The notes: a model not told the origin generated them from the letters alone. A stretch of 56,932 nt of DNA from an uncultured Chlorobiaceae bacterium (GCA_903937835.1 CAJAAV010000118.1:1-56932), one strand, 5' to 3'. Shown: positions 33,282-44,974, counted from the first letter of the stretch. Numbers and translations: made by a program.

Positions 33282-34757
33282 ATGCCCGAAGTTACGTCAA
33301 AAACGTTTACGGAATATTCCCCGACGAAAACACCGAAAAGCAGCCCAATGGAACAGCAGGTTTGGGAAGCATGCCTTAATGTTATCCGTGAAAAAATCAA
33401 TCCTCTTGCATTCAAGACCTGGTTTTTTCCAATTAAGCCATTAAATTTTTCATGCAGTGAACTGACCATAGAGGTACCAAGCCAGTTTTTTTACGAGTGG
33501 ATCGAAGAAAATTATTCCTCTTTTTTAAAGGCGGCCCTGAAAGAGGTCATTGGTCCTGAAGCACGACTGATGTATTCAATCGTCATGAATAAATCACAGG
33601 GTCAACCTGTCACCATAGAATTGCCACACCAAAATTCAATGAACAGTGATTTTATCTCTGCAAGTCGAGCTTCAGAAAACCGCTCTAAAAACAGCGAGGA
33701 GTTTAATCGGAACCTTGCACGCTTTGAAACGCACTTAAACTCTAAATACACCTTTGATACTCTTATCAGGGGAGACTGCAACTCGCTGGCATTTGCTGCC
33801 TCGAAATCTGTCGCACAAAGCCCCGGTCAAAATGCGTTTAACCCACTGGTTATTTATGGTGGTGTAGGACTTGGTAAAACACATATGATGCAAGCCGTCG
33901 GCAACAGCGTTCGAGAAAACAGACTTTCCGAAAGAGTTCTTTATGTCTCCAGTGAAAAATTTGCGATTGACTTTGTCAATGCTATCCAGAATGGTAAAAT
34001 CCAGGAATTTTCCTCTTTTTACCGCTCTATTGATGTGCTTATTATCGACGATATTCAGTTCTTTTCGGGTAAGGAAAAAACACAAGAAGAGATTTTTCAT
34101 ATCTTTAACACGTTACATCAGTCAAACAAGCAGATTATCCTCTCTGCAGATCGCCCCATAAAGGATATCAAGGGGATTGAGGATAGATTAATATCACGCT
34201 TCAACTGGGGGCTGTCAGCAGATATTCAACCTCCGGATTATGAAACACGCAAGGCGATCATTCTCAGCAAATTGCATCAGAGTGGAGTTAATCTTGATGA
34301 TGCTGTTATCGAATTTATTGCTACAAATGTCACTGAAAACGTCAGGGAGCTTGAGGGGTGTATTGTTAAATTGCTGGCAGCTCAGTCCCTTGATAACAGG
34401 GAAATCGATCTCCTGTTTACAAAATCGACTCTTAAAGATATTATCAGGCATACAACCAAACGGCTATCACTCGACACCATCGAAAAAGCGGTCTGTTCTT
34501 ATTTTTCAATTACCCCTAATGACTTGAAGGGAAAATCAAAGAAGAAGGAGATCGCTTTTGGGCGCCAGGTTGCGATGTATCTCTCAAAACTGTTGACCGA
34601 CTCTTCACTGAAAACAATAGGCCTTCATTTTGGGGGCAGAGATCATTCAACAGTTATCCATGCTGTTACAACGATTACCAAGAGGGTTGATTCAATAATA
34701 GAAGAAAGAAAAAAAATTGAGGAAATCAGGAAAAGGATTGAGATTCTTTCGATGTAA
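33282..34757 (+). CDS. dnaA: Chromosomal replication initiator DnaA
   Basis: [22 protein letters not shown] and [11 protein letters not shown] motifs. Confidence 0.99.
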   Translation: MPEVTSKTFTEYSPTKTPKSSPMEQQVWEACLNVIREKINPLAFKTWFFPIKPLNFSCSELTIEVPSQFFYEWIEENYSSFLKAALKEVIGPEARLMYSIVMNKSQGQPVTIELPHQNSMNSDFISASRASENRSKNSEEFNRNLARFETHLNSKYTFDTLIRGDCNSLAFAASKSVAQSPGQNAFNPLVIYGGVGLGKTHMMQAVGNSVRENRLSERVLYVSSEKFAIDFVNAIQNGKIQEFSSFYRSIDVLIIDDIQFFSGKEKTQEEIFHIFNTLHQSNKQIILSADRPIKDIKGIEDRLISRFNWGLSADIQPPDYETRKAIILSKLHQSGVNLDDAVIEFIATNVTENVRELEGCIVKLLAAQSLDNREIDLLFTKSTLKDIIRHTTKRLSLDTIEKAVCSYFSITPNDLKGKSKKKEIAFGRQVAMYLSKLLTDSSLKTIGLHFGGRDHSTVIHAVTTITKRVDSIIEERKKIEEIRKRIEILSM

Positions 34758-34765
34758 ATACCAAA

Positions 34766-35040
34766 TGTGTACAAGTTGTTGAAGAGATGTGTGATGAATC
34801 TTGATAACCCATGCCTTATCAACAATCAACCACTATAATAAAAATCATCAACAAACCCTGAACATAGGCGGAGAGTTTAAATGTACAAGTTATCAACATT
34901 TTATTACCTGAAAAATATTATATAACCTCTTATATAATTAAGGATTAGGGATATTTAATCAGCAGTTAACCAGATATTAACACTATCAACAACAACAACA
35001 ATTTTTATAAATACTTAAATACTTAAATAGTTAAAGTTGT
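34766..35040. other. Probable replication origin oriC (dnaA-dnaN intergenic region)
   Basis: Repeated TTATCAACA-type boxes (34816, 34845, 34890, 34983; reverse-oriented 34766, 34777, 34799) plus a very AT-rich stretch with (CAA)5 and TAAATACT repeats. Confidence 0.75.
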
Positions 35041-35045
35041 AAAAG

Positions 35046-36170
35046 ATGAAACTTATTTCCTCAATACGTCAGTTGCAGGATCCTGTCAGTAAGGTCGCTC
35101 AGGCGATTCCTGCCAAAACCATGGATGTACGTTTCGAAAATGTACATTTATCCATTGAACCAGGAAGTCTTACGCTTTTTGCTACCGACGGTGAACTTTC
35201 AATAACAGCAAAAACCGATGTTGAGACCTCTGATACAGGAAATATCGGTATCAATGCAAGAACTCTTCAGGATTTTCTCCGAAGCATGTATGATACCGCT
35301 GTGACTTTTGTTGTTGAACGGCAGGAGATCAGTGATCATGGTATGGTACACATCACAACAGATAAAGGTCAGTACAAAATAACTTGTCTGTTTGAAAGCA
35401 AGCACGAAAAATATGAAAAGAGCTACGATATTTCCATTGAGCTCGAAACTGCTGAATTTCTTGATGTAATACAGAAAACAATTTTTGCCTGCAGTGTTGA
35501 TGGCATGAGACCTGCCATGATGGGTGTGCTTTTTGAGCTCGAAGGCAGTACTATTACGGCTGTTTCAACTGATGGGCACAGACTGGTACGGTGCAGAAAA
35601 AATTCATCACTGGATATTCCTGAAAAACAGAAAATCGTTGTTCCAGCACGAGTGCTTTCAATTCTCCAAAAACTGGCTCAACATGAATCAATCACGATGT
35701 GCATTGATGCAGACAGACGTTTTGTCCGTTTTATTATCGGCAATATTGTTCTTGATGCAGCTCTGATTGTTGAACCTTATCCGAATTACGATGCTGTTAT
35801 TCCTGTCGAGCATGATAAACATGTCATTATCAACCGTTCGCTGGTTTACGATTCTGTAAGACGTGTAGGTCGTTTTTCGAGTATAGGTGATATCAAGATG
35901 GTGATAGAAGATCAGCTCCTGAAGGTCTTGGCTGAAAATACAAATGACGGGGAAGCTGCCCAGGAAGAATTACCGTGTCTTTATACTGGAGAACCTGTTA
36001 CGATTGGCTTTAATTCGAAATTTATCGAAGCTGCTCTCGCGCATTTAGATGATAATGAGATCCGTATAGAACTCAAAAGTCCAACAACAGCCGTGATTTT
36101 TAAGCCGCACAAGGAAGTTGAGGATGATAAATTCATGATCCTTGTTATGCCTGTTCGAATTAATAGTTGA
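35046..36170 (+). CDS. dnaN: DNA polymerase III beta clamp
   Basis: ATDGE, STDGHRL, YPNY, IGFN and LVMPVR motifs. Confidence 0.98.
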   Translation: MKLISSIRQLQDPVSKVAQAIPAKTMDVRFENVHLSIEPGSLTLFATDGELSITAKTDVETSDTGNIGINARTLQDFLRSMYDTAVTFVVERQEISDHGMVHITTDKGQYKITCLFESKHEKYEKSYDISIELETAEFLDVIQKTIFACSVDGMRPAMMGVLFELEGSTITAVSTDGHRLVRCRKNSSLDIPEKQKIVVPARVLSILQKLAQHESITMCIDADRRFVRFIIGNIVLDAALIVEPYPNYDAVIPVEHDKHVIINRSLVYDSVRRVGRFSSIGDIKMVIEDQLLKVLAENTNDGEAAQEELPCLYTGEPVTIGFNSKFIEAALAHLDDNEIRIELKSPTTAVIFKPHKEVEDDKFMILVMPVRINS

Positions 36171-36186
36171 ATGATCTGCAAAATTA

Positions 36187-37296
36187 TTGAGACTCCAGTG
36201 TTTACAATATAAAAATTTCCGGAACCACCGGTTTTTAACTTTTACCCCTGTTGATGGTATCACCATCATTTATGGTAAAAATGGGTCAGGAAAAACATCT
36301 CTTCTTGAAGGAGTCCACTATTGTGCGCTGACGAAAGGGTTTGTCGGCGCTACGGATAGTGAGTGTCTCTCGTTTTCTTCTGATTATTTTTTACTTGACG
36401 GGAGTTTTCGAAGTGATCTGGAAGCGCCTCTGACGGTAAAAGTCATCTACAAAAAGGAAAAAGAGAAGCAGATTATTGTCAACAATAGTGAGATTAAACC
36501 TTTTTCACATCATATTGGACGTATTCCCTGTATTACCTTTTCACCTTCAGAAATGGTGATTGTAAACGGATCTCCGTCTGAACGAAGGCGTTTTATCGAT
36601 AATGCTATTAGTCAGACAAACAGAAGATACCTTGATGATTTGTTGGCTTATCGGCGTGTTCTCCTGCAGAGAAATGCCTTGCTTGTACAGTTATGCGAAA
36701 AGAAAAATGTTCACAAAGATATGTTGTCTGTTTGGACAGAACAACTTTCAAAACATGCGGCATCAATTGTTTATGAAAGAGCGCAGTTTATAACCGCTTT
36801 CAACGAGCGGTTCAGGGATCTTTATGGCCAGTTTTCTTTTGATGAGGAGCCAGCCATCACTTATCGATGCTCCCTCGGTAATATCATAAAAGAGAGTTCT
36901 CTCGATCTTCTATATTCCATGTTTCTTGAAAAGTATGAAATGACCGAGAGGCAGGAAATTTATCGTGCACAGACTTTAACAGGTCCTCATCGTGATGATT
37001 TGCTCTTTCTCCTTAATGACAAGGAGATAAAAAAATATGCTTCGCAGGGTCAATTGCGAACATTTCTTATTGGTCTCAAGCTAACACAGCATCAATTTTT
37101 TTTTGAACTTCTTGGAGAAAAGCCTATCTGCCTCCTTGATGATATTTTCAGTGAACTTGATACTTCAAGGATAGCTGATATATTCACTCTTCTTGAAACA
37201 TTCGGTCAAACTATTATTACCTCAACAGAAAAAAGGGGGCAGAGTAATGTTACCGCACTGTCCATTGAATCACTCAGAAAAACCGGAGAGGAGTGA
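36187..37296 (+). CDS. recF: DNA replication/repair protein RecF
   Basis: NFRN, GKNGSGKT, GPHRDD, SQGQ and LLDDIFSELD motifs; TTG start. Confidence 0.96.
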   Translation: MRLQCLQYKNFRNHRFLTFTPVDGITIIYGKNGSGKTSLLEGVHYCALTKGFVGATDSECLSFSSDYFLLDGSFRSDLEAPLTVKVIYKKEKEKQIIVNNSEIKPFSHHIGRIPCITFSPSEMVIVNGSPSERRRFIDNAISQTNRRYLDDLLAYRRVLLQRNALLVQLCEKKNVHKDMLSVWTEQLSKHAASIVYERAQFITAFNERFRDLYGQFSFDEEPAITYRCSLGNIIKESSLDLLYSMFLEKYEMTERQEIYRAQTLTGPHRDDLLFLLNDKEIKKYASQGQLRTFLIGLKLTQHQFFFELLGEKPICLLDDIFSELDTSRIADIFTLLETFGQTIITSTEKRGQSNVTALSIESLRKTGEE

Positions 37297-37298
37297 GC

Positions 37299-37592
37299 AT
37301 GTCAAGAATAAAAAGTCCAAAAAAACTCTCAGCGCTGGTAGGGGACCTGTATCATACACTTGGAATGGAAGAGGCTTATCAGCAGTACAAAACGCTTCAG
37401 ATATGGAATACCGTGGTCGGTGAGGCTATTGCAGAGGCAACTCTTCTTGAAAGATTCGCCGGTGGGCAGTTGTTTATTCGGGTAAAAAACCCTGCATGGA
37501 GAATGGAGCTTAATTTCCGTAAAAAGGAGATTCTTGCCAAGCTTAACACGGCTATTGACAATGTATTGGTTCAGGAGATTATTTTCAGATAA
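37299..37592 (+). CDS. dciA: DUF721/DciA-family helicase-loading protein
   Basis: WNTVVGEAIA...LFIRV.NPAWRMEL pattern; directly after recF. Confidence 0.8.
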   Translation: MSRIKSPKKLSALVGDLYHTLGMEEAYQQYKTLQIWNTVVGEAIAEATLLERFAGGQLFIRVKNPAWRMELNFRKKEILAKLNTAIDNVLVQEIIFR

Positions 37593-37741
37593 CAGAGCTG
37601 TAAGGTATGTTTGTTCAAAACTGCAATCAAGATTGGCGCAATATATTTTAGCAACAGATTTATTTTCAAGTAGTTATGTCGCGAAAAAAAAGGCCACTTG
37701 ATTGCAACGTAGAATTATAACAGCTTTTTTTTTAAAACCAT

Positions 37742-38965
37742 TCAGAGAGAGCAACTGAGTTGGTACATTTCAATCATTTTTTCTGCATAAGCTTTACCGA
37801 AAGCGATGCATTTCTCAAATTCCGGTTCATGTGGTTTAAATTTAACCATGACATTCTGCTCAAATACTTTGAGTTTGAGCAATGTGAAATTCGCTTCTAT
37901 CATTCGTACAGCCTCTCCACTCCATCCATAAGACCCGAAGGCGGCTGCAAGCTTTCCTTTATCCCGTATCGGGTTGATGGTAGCGAAAATCTGATAAATC
38001 TGTGGCAGAATATTCTGGTTTATTGTAGGAGATCCTACTATGATTCCTGTACAGTGTGCGATTTTCTTCTCCAGGTCTGAAGTCTTGAGGCTCTCTATAT
38101 CACATACATCAATCTGGAAGTCACAGGACTGACGTAGCCCCTCAGCAATCTTTTCTGCCATTAACGTTGTGTTCTCATAAGCGGAAACATAAGCAATAAG
38201 AATGTGTTTCTCATTAGGAAGCGCTATTGCTGTTGTGGCATACTTCGATGATAGATCAACATATTTCTTCCAGTGTGACCTTAGTATAGGGCCATGACCT
38301 GGGCATATTGCCTTGATATCAAGCGTTCCGATTTTTTCAATAGCCTGCAGCATGTATTTACTGAAGGGCTTGAGAATGGTGTCGAAGTAATAGGTAAAAG
38401 AGTCGTCAAAATCGCCGACGATGTCATCATACATGCCTTCATGGCAAAAATGGGATCCGAATGAGTCACATGTGAAAAGAAGTCGATCTTCCTCAAGCCA
38501 TGTGTATATAGTGTCAGGCCAGTGAAGATTTGGGGCATTAATGAAATGAAGCGTTTTATTGCCAAGGCTAAGCTTATCCCCTGTTTTTACAACCAGTGAT
38601 TTAAAGTCATGACCGGTCTGATCACGAAGAAATTTTATGGCATTCCCACTGCCAACGATGGTTGCGTTTGGCGCTACAGCAAGCAGATTTTTCACATTGC
38701 CGGAATGGTCAGGCTCTGTATGGTCAACAATTATATATTCTATCTCCGATGGGTCAGTAACCTGTTTTATCTTTGAAAGATAAGCTGGCCAGAACTTTTC
38801 TTTTGTTGTTTCTATAATTGTTTTTTTATCGGCATTGATGAAATAGGAATTATAGGTTGTTCCATATTTCGTTTCCATAACAATATCGAAAGTAATGAGT
38901 CCTGGGTCGAGAACACCAATCCAGCGAACGTCATCAGTAATAGTAAGCACTTTGTTATCTTTCAT
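37742..38965 (-). CDS. fprA: FprA-type flavodiiron protein (O2/NO reductase)
   Basis: [25 protein letters not shown] and PGHG motifs; flavodoxin domain with GSPT and [10 protein letters not shown]. Confidence 0.94.
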   Translation of the reverse strand: MKDNKVLTITDDVRWIGVLDPGLITFDIVMETKYGTTYNSYFINADKKTIIETTKEKFWPAYLSKIKQVTDPSEIEYIIVDHTEPDHSGNVKNLLAVAPNATIVGSGNAIKFLRDQTGHDFKSLVVKTGDKLSLGNKTLHFINAPNLHWPDTIYTWLEEDRLLFTCDSFGSHFCHEGMYDDIVGDFDDSFTYYFDTILKPFSKYMLQAIEKIGTLDIKAICPGHGPILRSHWKKYVDLSSKYATTAIALPNEKHILIAYVSAYENTTLMAEKIAEGLRQSCDFQIDVCDIESLKTSDLEKKIAHCTGIIVGSPTINQNILPQIYQIFATINPIRDKGKLAAAFGSYGWSGEAVRMIEANFTLLKLKVFEQNVMVKFKPHEPEFEKCIAFGKAYAEKMIEMYQLSCSL

Positions 38966-39079
38966 GAGTATTCTTGTGTATTGTTAAAAATATATTATCT
39001 GTAGTAGCAGCTACGCAAAATGAGCTTGTAGAGTTCTGTGTATAATTATACAACTCAATATATAAACTACGATTTCAGG

Positions 39080-41470
39080 TCATAATGGTTCTTCATTGAG
39101 ATGACTGGTTTCGGTATGCCGTATCTCTTTCTGAAGTTCTATTCCTTCTGCAGAAAAAGAGAAAAGAGTATCGGTTGAAAATATCATACTGTAATCTTGT
39201 GGTTTAAAGAAAGGAAGGAATTTCTGGCAATGTTCGTCCAGTCGCTTCAGATAGAAATGAGTGTTCTCATCAGGTTTTTCTTTATTCCATTCAGAAGCAA
39301 GTTTTCCTTTATCCCAGGAAGCATTTCCAACACCTGATCCCGAGACATAAAAGGTTATCCGGTCTCCTTTTGTAATCTCCATGCCAGTCTTTATGGCAAT
39401 TTCATAAGTGATTGATTTTGATCTTTTCCCGGATTTTACATCAGCAAGATATTGTTCAATCGAATTTTTAAGTGTTTCGGTTCTTGAAAATTCAGAGACT
39501 TCCAATTCATGGAGCTGAATCTTTTCTTTGTATTCGGTGAATAGAGTATGCAATCCATTGATATCCTCCGTCAACAGCATTTCAAATCCTCTGCGGACAA
39601 AATCCCTGCCGAATTTCTCTCCGCTTCTGCTGGTCAGTGAAGAGCCTTTCAGGGTCATGACATTATCATAGCCGAGAAGGGCATAATTTTTCTTCATGTA
39701 AGAGATCATTTTTTTGAATCTCCCGTCAAATCCAATATTGATCCCTTCTGGCATGAGAGTGGATACTTCAGTGACCAGCTTTCTTTCATCAAATTCAGTT
39801 GTTACGTCTGGCGGTGGTATAAACAGAATACCGTCAGTATCCACCTCAATAACCTTGCATCCCCGCACTTCAAATTCAAAAATCATTTTCTTTGCAAGGC
39901 TTTGCCCTGTCGATGTTACTCTGTCAGCCTCTGCAAAGTCGTTGAAAATTCCGCCGCTGAAACCAAGGTATCCGTACATGGCATTGATAAGAATTTTAAA
40001 TGAGCTTTGCATTGCATCAAAATTCGCTGCCAGTGAGGTATGGCCAAGGCTCTTTTCTTCGCGCGACTTGTCTTTTGCTTTGAAACGCAGCTCTTTCAGA
40101 TCGTTCAGCACACCAGGAAACACCCGCAGTTCATCGCTTTTTGGGCATATATTCCAGGAAAGCATGATTGAAGGATAGAGTGATTCAACATCGGCATAAA
40201 CAATTGGCCCAAGAATACCTTTGAGGAATACTTCGGTATAACCTCCCGAGTGCTGCTGACCGGAAGAGGGTTTCGGAACAGACTGTTTACGGCGCAGATA
40301 TTCTCTTACGAGAAGAACTTCAATTTTAGCAGCCTGCCCGATGCGTGCCGTCATCGCGTAAGTGTAGGGCAGCATTTGTGCAAGGTAGAAATTGCTTGCT
40401 GAAAGCAGAGATGAAAGTGCTCTGGTTTCACGGACGTCATCAAGTGCATAAGCAAGCAGCTTTTCATGGTTATTATTCCATAGCGAAGCAATATCCTTGT
40501 AATCCACGTAGGTTCGATCAGGCGATGCAAAACCGAAATGTTTCGCCACGGCTTTTAGGCCATAACTTTGCATTGAGCGTTTTGAGATATCATAACTTTG
40601 CACAAGGAAGAGTGTATCAATGACGTGCCTCCCCGGTATATCAAAGAAGGGGTAATCAATACTTCGTTCCGCAAACCTGATGCTTGCAGGGTATGTTTTT
40701 GCAAGCGTTCCGTTGCGTCCTACTGCAAATGGAATGCCATGTCGTTCACACCTGCGCTGAAGGTAGGGCAGGTCAAAACTGAAAATATTGTGACCTTCGA
40801 TGACATCAGGATCCATTTTAACAATCAAGGCGACAAGCTTTTCAAGCAACTCTTTTTCAGAACTCTTTTTGGAGTGAAGCGCTAATTCCCATCCCCTGCT
40901 GTCGCTTAAAGAGACGATTATCACTTCATCATCATTTCCGCCAAAAGCTCCTGATCGCTTTCTTGTGGGGTCATAATTGGTCTCTATATCAAGCTGTATC
41001 CTGTAGAGATCGTCGAACATCATCCCCTTGAAGAGGGTTTTTCCACTTTGAAGCAGATATTGTGTGACGGCATCTCCCTTGTTATAGATAAAAGAGTTGC
41101 TGTCGTACAGTATATTTTTGTTTTGGGTCTCAGTAGAATCGGTATTACGTTTTTTATTGACAAATTCAATAGCGTTTCTGTGATTCCGCCAGCTTCGGAA
41201 AATGACAAGGCACTGATAATAATTTGAGCCTCCAAGTTTTACAAGCCAGAACTTTTCTTTGTCTTCGGGCACAAAACTGTCGAGCAGAGAACTCTCTGAA
41301 AGGAAAAAAAACGGAAAAAACAACTCATCATGAAAACGAACTGCTCCATTCTCCCGGTTAAACACTCGTATAAGGGTATCGGAAAGCTGGTATGCACCCA
41401 CAATACCTTGCTCTTTATCCTTTCCGAACAAAAGGTCGTTGGTGATGATATCGCTGATAATGCTTTCCAT
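39080..41470 (-). CDS. Family B DNA polymerase (Pol II-like) with 3'-5' exonuclease
   Basis: Exonuclease motifs [14 protein letters not shown] and YALDD; polymerase motifs [17 protein letters not shown] and DTDG; real start probably 41470. Confidence 0.92.
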   Translation of the reverse strand: MESIISDIITNDLLFGKDKEQGIVGAYQLSDTLIRVFNRENGAVRFHDELFFPFFFLSESSLLDSFVPEDKEKFWLVKLGGSNYYQCLVIFRSWRNHRNAIEFVNKKRNTDSTETQNKNILYDSNSFIYNKGDAVTQYLLQSGKTLFKGMMFDDLYRIQLDIETNYDPTRKRSGAFGGNDDEVIIVSLSDSRGWELALHSKKSSEKELLEKLVALIVKMDPDVIEGHNIFSFDLPYLQRRCERHGIPFAVGRNGTLAKTYPASIRFAERSIDYPFFDIPGRHVIDTLFLVQSYDISKRSMQSYGLKAVAKHFGFASPDRTYVDYKDIASLWNNNHEKLLAYALDDVRETRALSSLLSASNFYLAQMLPYTYAMTARIGQAAKIEVLLVREYLRRKQSVPKPSSGQQHSGGYTEVFLKGILGPIVYADVESLYPSIMLSWNICPKSDELRVFPGVLNDLKELRFKAKDKSREEKSLGHTSLAANFDAMQSSFKILINAMYGYLGFSGGIFNDFAEADRVTSTGQSLAKKMIFEFEVRGCKVIEVDTDGILFIPPPDVTTEFDERKLVTEVSTLMPEGINIGFDGRFKKMISYMKKNYALLGYDNVMTLKGSSLTSRSGEKFGRDFVRRGFEMLLTEDINGLHTLFTEYKEKIQLHELEVSEFSRTETLKNSIEQYLADVKSGKRSKSITYEIAIKTGMEITKGDRITFYVSGSGVGNASWDKGKLASEWNKEKPDENTHFYLKRLDEHCQKFLPFFKPQDYSMIFSTDTLFSFSAEGIELQKEIRHTETSHLNEEPL

Positions 41471-41513
41471 GGCTGCTCGTTCAATTATTTTCTTGAGTAA
41501 ACACTGCAATATA

Positions 41514-41529
41514 CGTTTCACGTGAAACA
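41514..41529. promoter_or_regulatory. parS centromere-like site
   Basis: CGTTTCACGTGAAACA, 15/16 match to TGTTTCACGTGAAACA. Confidence 0.9.
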
Positions 41530-41538
41530 AACAATATC

Positions 41539-43404
41539 TCAGCGTCCCAGATGTACCATGAGAACGGAGATGTCCGAGGGAGAAACGCCCAAAATTCTTG
41601 ATGCCTGGCCAATGGTCTCAGGTTGATGTTTATTCAGCTTTTCTCTTCCTTCATTCGAAAGCCCCGAAACGGTATCATATCTAAATGAAGGCGGTATTAG
41701 ATGGGATTCAAGCCTTAGAATTCTTTCGGTCATGAAGAGGTCTCGTTTTAGATATCCTTCATATTTAAGGTCAATTTCAACTTGCTCATAGAGTAAGGGG
41801 TTACTGGTTATGGCATTCACTGCGTTATTTAAAATTGGTGATGCATCAATAAGCATAGTGAGATGAATTCCTGGCCTTTTCAAGAGGGATAAGGCACTTT
41901 GTGAACTATTAACTATTGTATAGCCAAGCGAGACAAGCATGGTGTTTATTTCAGAAGCAGAAACTCTTGTGTGAAATAAAAGTTCTTTAAGTACCCTTAT
42001 CAGTTCAATATTATGGCTGCAAGCAGAAAACGTCTCCTTGTCAATCAGTCCTGCCGCAGCACCGAAGTGCCGCAGACGGATATCTGCATTGTCATGACGG
42101 AGCATAAGTCGGTGTTCCGCAGAAGAGGTAAACATTCGATAGGGTTCATTGGTCTCTTTTGTGACAAGATCGTCGATGAGCACTCCGATATACGCATCAG
42201 AGCGTTTCAGGAGAAGAGGCGGGCGACTTTGCGTTTTGAGTGAAGCATTAATACCAGCCATCAGCCCCTGGGCAGCAGCTTCTTCATACCCTGAAGTTCC
42301 GTTAATCTGACCAGCAAAGTAGAGATTTACAATTAATTTAGTTTCAAGTGTTCTCTTGATTTGATGAGGAAAAAAGTAGTCGTACTCAATGGCATAACCA
42401 GGGCGAATCATTTTTGCCTGTTCAAGGCCGGCAATAGAACGCAAGCCCTTCAACTGAATCTCTTCCGGCAACGATGTTGAAAAGCCGTTCACATACATTT
42501 CATTGGTATCAAATCCTTCAGGTTCAAGAAATATATGATGACCCGATTTGTCCGGAAATCTACAGATTTTGTCCTCAATCGATGGACAGTACCTCGGGCC
42601 AACACCCTGAACCTTTCCTGTAAACAAGGGCGATCTGTCAAATCCCTTTTTCAGTATCTCGTGTGTGAGAGGGTTTGTATTTGTAACAAAACAGGATATT
42701 TGTCGACGGTTGAGATCCCTGATCGTTTTGAAAGAGAAGGTAACTGGCTCCTCGTCGCCTTGTTGTTTTTCAACCTTTGAATAGTCAACACTTCGCGCAT
42801 CAATACGGGGCGGCGTACCTGTCTTTAGTCTTCCTGATATAAAACCAAGACCGACAAGGTGTTCTGTTAGTCCGTAAACTGGTGGCTCCGCAATGGTCCT
42901 TCCCCCGGGATAGTGGTTCATGCCGATATGAATAAGTCCATTCAGGAATGTTCCGCAGGTGAGAATTGCGGCCTTTGCTCTGATCACTCTTCCCGATGAC
43001 AGAACTACAGCCTGAAAAGTATCAACAGAACATTTAATGGAGGTAACGGTATCCTGAAGAAGATCAATATTCTTCTCTTCTTCAATTACTTTTCGCATAT
43101 ACTGTGAATACAAGTTCCGATCAGCCTGGGCTCTTGGAGAGTGCATCGCTGGCCCTTTGCTTCTGTTCAGCATTCTGAACTGTATCCCTGTCGTGTCTAT
43201 TGCTTTCCCCATCTCTCCACCCAGCGCGTCAATCTCCCGTGTGATCTGACCTTTTGCAACCCCCCCGATCGCCGGGTTGCAGGACATTCGCGCAATTGTA
43301 GTAAGATCTGATGAGATGAGCAGGCAGGAGGAGCCCATCCTCGCAGCGGCAAGAACCGCTTCACATCCTGCATGGCCAGCGCCAGCAACTATAATATCAT
43401 ACAT
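41539..43404 (-). CDS. mnmG: tRNA uridine-5-carboxymethylaminomethyl modification enzyme MnmG (GidA)
   Basis: [28 protein letters not shown] and [17 protein letters not shown] motifs. Confidence 0.98.
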   Translation of the reverse strand: MYDIIVAGAGHAGCEAVLAAARMGSSCLLISSDLTTIARMSCNPAIGGVAKGQITREIDALGGEMGKAIDTTGIQFRMLNRSKGPAMHSPRAQADRNLYSQYMRKVIEEEKNIDLLQDTVTSIKCSVDTFQAVVLSSGRVIRAKAAILTCGTFLNGLIHIGMNHYPGGRTIAEPPVYGLTEHLVGLGFISGRLKTGTPPRIDARSVDYSKVEKQQGDEEPVTFSFKTIRDLNRRQISCFVTNTNPLTHEILKKGFDRSPLFTGKVQGVGPRYCPSIEDKICRFPDKSGHHIFLEPEGFDTNEMYVNGFSTSLPEEIQLKGLRSIAGLEQAKMIRPGYAIEYDYFFPHQIKRTLETKLIVNLYFAGQINGTSGYEEAAAQGLMAGINASLKTQSRPPLLLKRSDAYIGVLIDDLVTKETNEPYRMFTSSAEHRLMLRHDNADIRLRHFGAAAGLIDKETFSACSHNIELIRVLKELLFHTRVSASEINTMLVSLGYTIVNSSQSALSLLKRPGIHLTMLIDASPILNNAVNAITSNPLLYEQVEIDLKYEGYLKRDLFMTERILRLESHLIPPSFRYDTVSGLSNEGREKLNKHQPETIGQASRILGVSPSDISVLMVHLGR

Positions 43405-43415
43405 GGGCCAAAGAT

Positions 43416-43431
43416 TGTTTCACGTGAAACA
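43416..43431. promoter_or_regulatory. parS centromere-like site
   Basis: Perfect palindrome TGTTTCACGTGAAACA, extended to ATTGTTTCACGTGAAACAAT. Confidence 0.93.
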
Positions 43432-43674
43432 ATAATAAATTGAATTACTATTTTAGAAATCCAAGATACACATAATTGCTATTTTCTTCCTGATATCCAG
43501 AGGAACTATTCAGCATCTCTCTGGATTAATCAAATAAATAACTCGGCGTATTTATAGAGTATTTGTGCGTGGGCGTTGTAATACTGCTATGAATTTATTA
43601 AACTACTTTAGAATAGAGTATATCTTCTCTCCTCTGCGAAGTGCTGTTGCATATCATATCATGGGTATAATTTA

Positions 43675-44112
43675 ATGAGAAGAAGGAAATTTTTTACAAC
43701 AGGCGCCATTTTTTCGGCTTATCTCTCAATATGGCCAGCCAGTCTGCTCGCAGGCTGGAGTGAAAAAAACTTTCAACGCTGCACAATAGAGCAAGCTTTT
43801 GTGAACGCATTCGGAGCGAGAGAACCGGTGAGATCAGATAAAATTACAATTGTCGCTCCACCAGTAGCCGCTGATGGCTCTGCGGTACCTGTTCAGGTTA
43901 TTTCATCCTTAAAGGGTGAAGAGATCTATCTTTTTGTGGAAAAGAATATTACTCCTCTTGTGTTCAAGTGCACTTTGAAGGGCAATGCTCTGCCCTGGTT
44001 TTCCCTGAACGTCAAAATGAAAGAAAGTTCGGCGCTTTATGCTGTTGTCAAGGAAGGAGGAGATTATTTTATGACTTCTGTACATGTCGATGTGTTGGCT
44101 CAGGCCTGTTGA
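43675..44112 (+). CDS. soyY: SoxY-like sulfur carrier (SoyY type), Tat-exported
   Basis: Twin-arginine MRRRKFF, SoxY-like core (ITIVAPPVAADGSAVPV, LFVEKN), C-terminus VLAQAC. Confidence 0.82.
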   Translation: MRRRKFFTTGAIFSAYLSIWPASLLAGWSEKNFQRCTIEQAFVNAFGAREPVRSDKITIVAPPVAADGSAVPVQVISSLKGEEIYLFVEKNITPLVFKCTLKGNALPWFSLNVKMKESSALYAVVKEGGDYFMTSVHVDVLAQAC

Positions 44113-44192
44113 AGCTCTCAGGGTTACCTTACCTCCGTTTGCGGCGGGTAAAATACATTTCTGAAACATTTTATATATACATCTATACATCA

Positions 44193-44501
44193 ATGAGTGG
44201 CATTGTAAGAATTCTTGCAAGGGAAGAGAGCGGTATTGTACAGGTTAAGATTATCATTCCCCATCCAAATGAGTCCGGTACGCGGAAAGATGAGCTGGGT
44301 ATTGTTGTTCCTGCTCATTTCGTAAGGGAGGGTTCAGTAAAAGTTAATGGAGCAGCCCTTCTGGATATTGAGCTTGGCCCTTCAGTTTCCACCGATCCGT
44401 TTTTACAGATTCGTTTTCCAGGAAAAAAAGGTGATGTTTTGAACGTTACCTTTCTTGATAATCGAAATGAGCTGTTTACAGCAGAAGCTGTTGTTCAATA
44501 G
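44193..44501 (+). CDS. soyZ: SoxZ-like protein (SoyZ type)
   Basis: HPNESGTRKD...PAHF and SVSTDP motifs match SoxZ; no signal peptide; real start ATG 44193. Confidence 0.85.
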   Translation: MSGIVRILAREESGIVQVKIIIPHPNESGTRKDELGIVVPAHFVREGSVKVNGAALLDIELGPSVSTDPFLQIRFPGKKGDVLNVTFLDNRNELFTAEAVVQ

Positions 44502-44576
44502 AGGCTACTCTCATTTAACGGTTTGTTGTCTGATAGTGTAATGTCATTTTTATAAATAACTATGGAGGAATACGTT

Positions 44577-44960
44577 ATGGCGGTAAAACAAGAAATACGG
44601 CTGACGATATGTGCACTCTTTTTTACGGTTATTTCTGCGGGCAGCAGTATGTTGCCTGAGGATTGCAGCGCAAGCACCAAGTCAGACAAACAGCTGCCTG
44701 CACTAAAGTCAGAATCCAGTCCCCGCGGTCAGATTCTTGCACTTTCCTGCGCATCGTGTCATGGTACGGATGGAAAGAGTGCCGGAATAATTCCTTCAAT
44801 TAATGGCTTTTCTGCAGAGTATATCGAAACGGCATTGAAAGGATTCAAAACGGGCGCTCTCCCATCAACGGTTATGTCTCGTCATGCCAAAGGCTATACC
44901 GATGACGAATTGAAGTTGATCGCTGAGTATTTTGGAACGGTCTCGCACAACACTAAATAA
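44577..44960 (+). CDS. fccA: Flavocytochrome c monoheme cytochrome subunit
   Basis: Single CASCH heme motif, axial Met in [18 protein letters not shown] before ATG 44577. Confidence 0.9.
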   Translation: MAVKQEIRLTICALFFTVISAGSSMLPEDCSASTKSDKQLPALKSESSPRGQILALSCASCHGTDGKSAGIIPSINGFSAEYIETALKGFKTGALPSTVMSRHAKGYTDDELKLIAEYFGTVSHNTK

Positions 44961-44974
44961 GCAGGAGAATGATT

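Noticed and set aside
41471-41530. N-terminal extension MFHVKR... of the polymerase ORF
   Set aside because: It is simply the translation of the parS palindrome; the ATG at 41470 is the more plausible start
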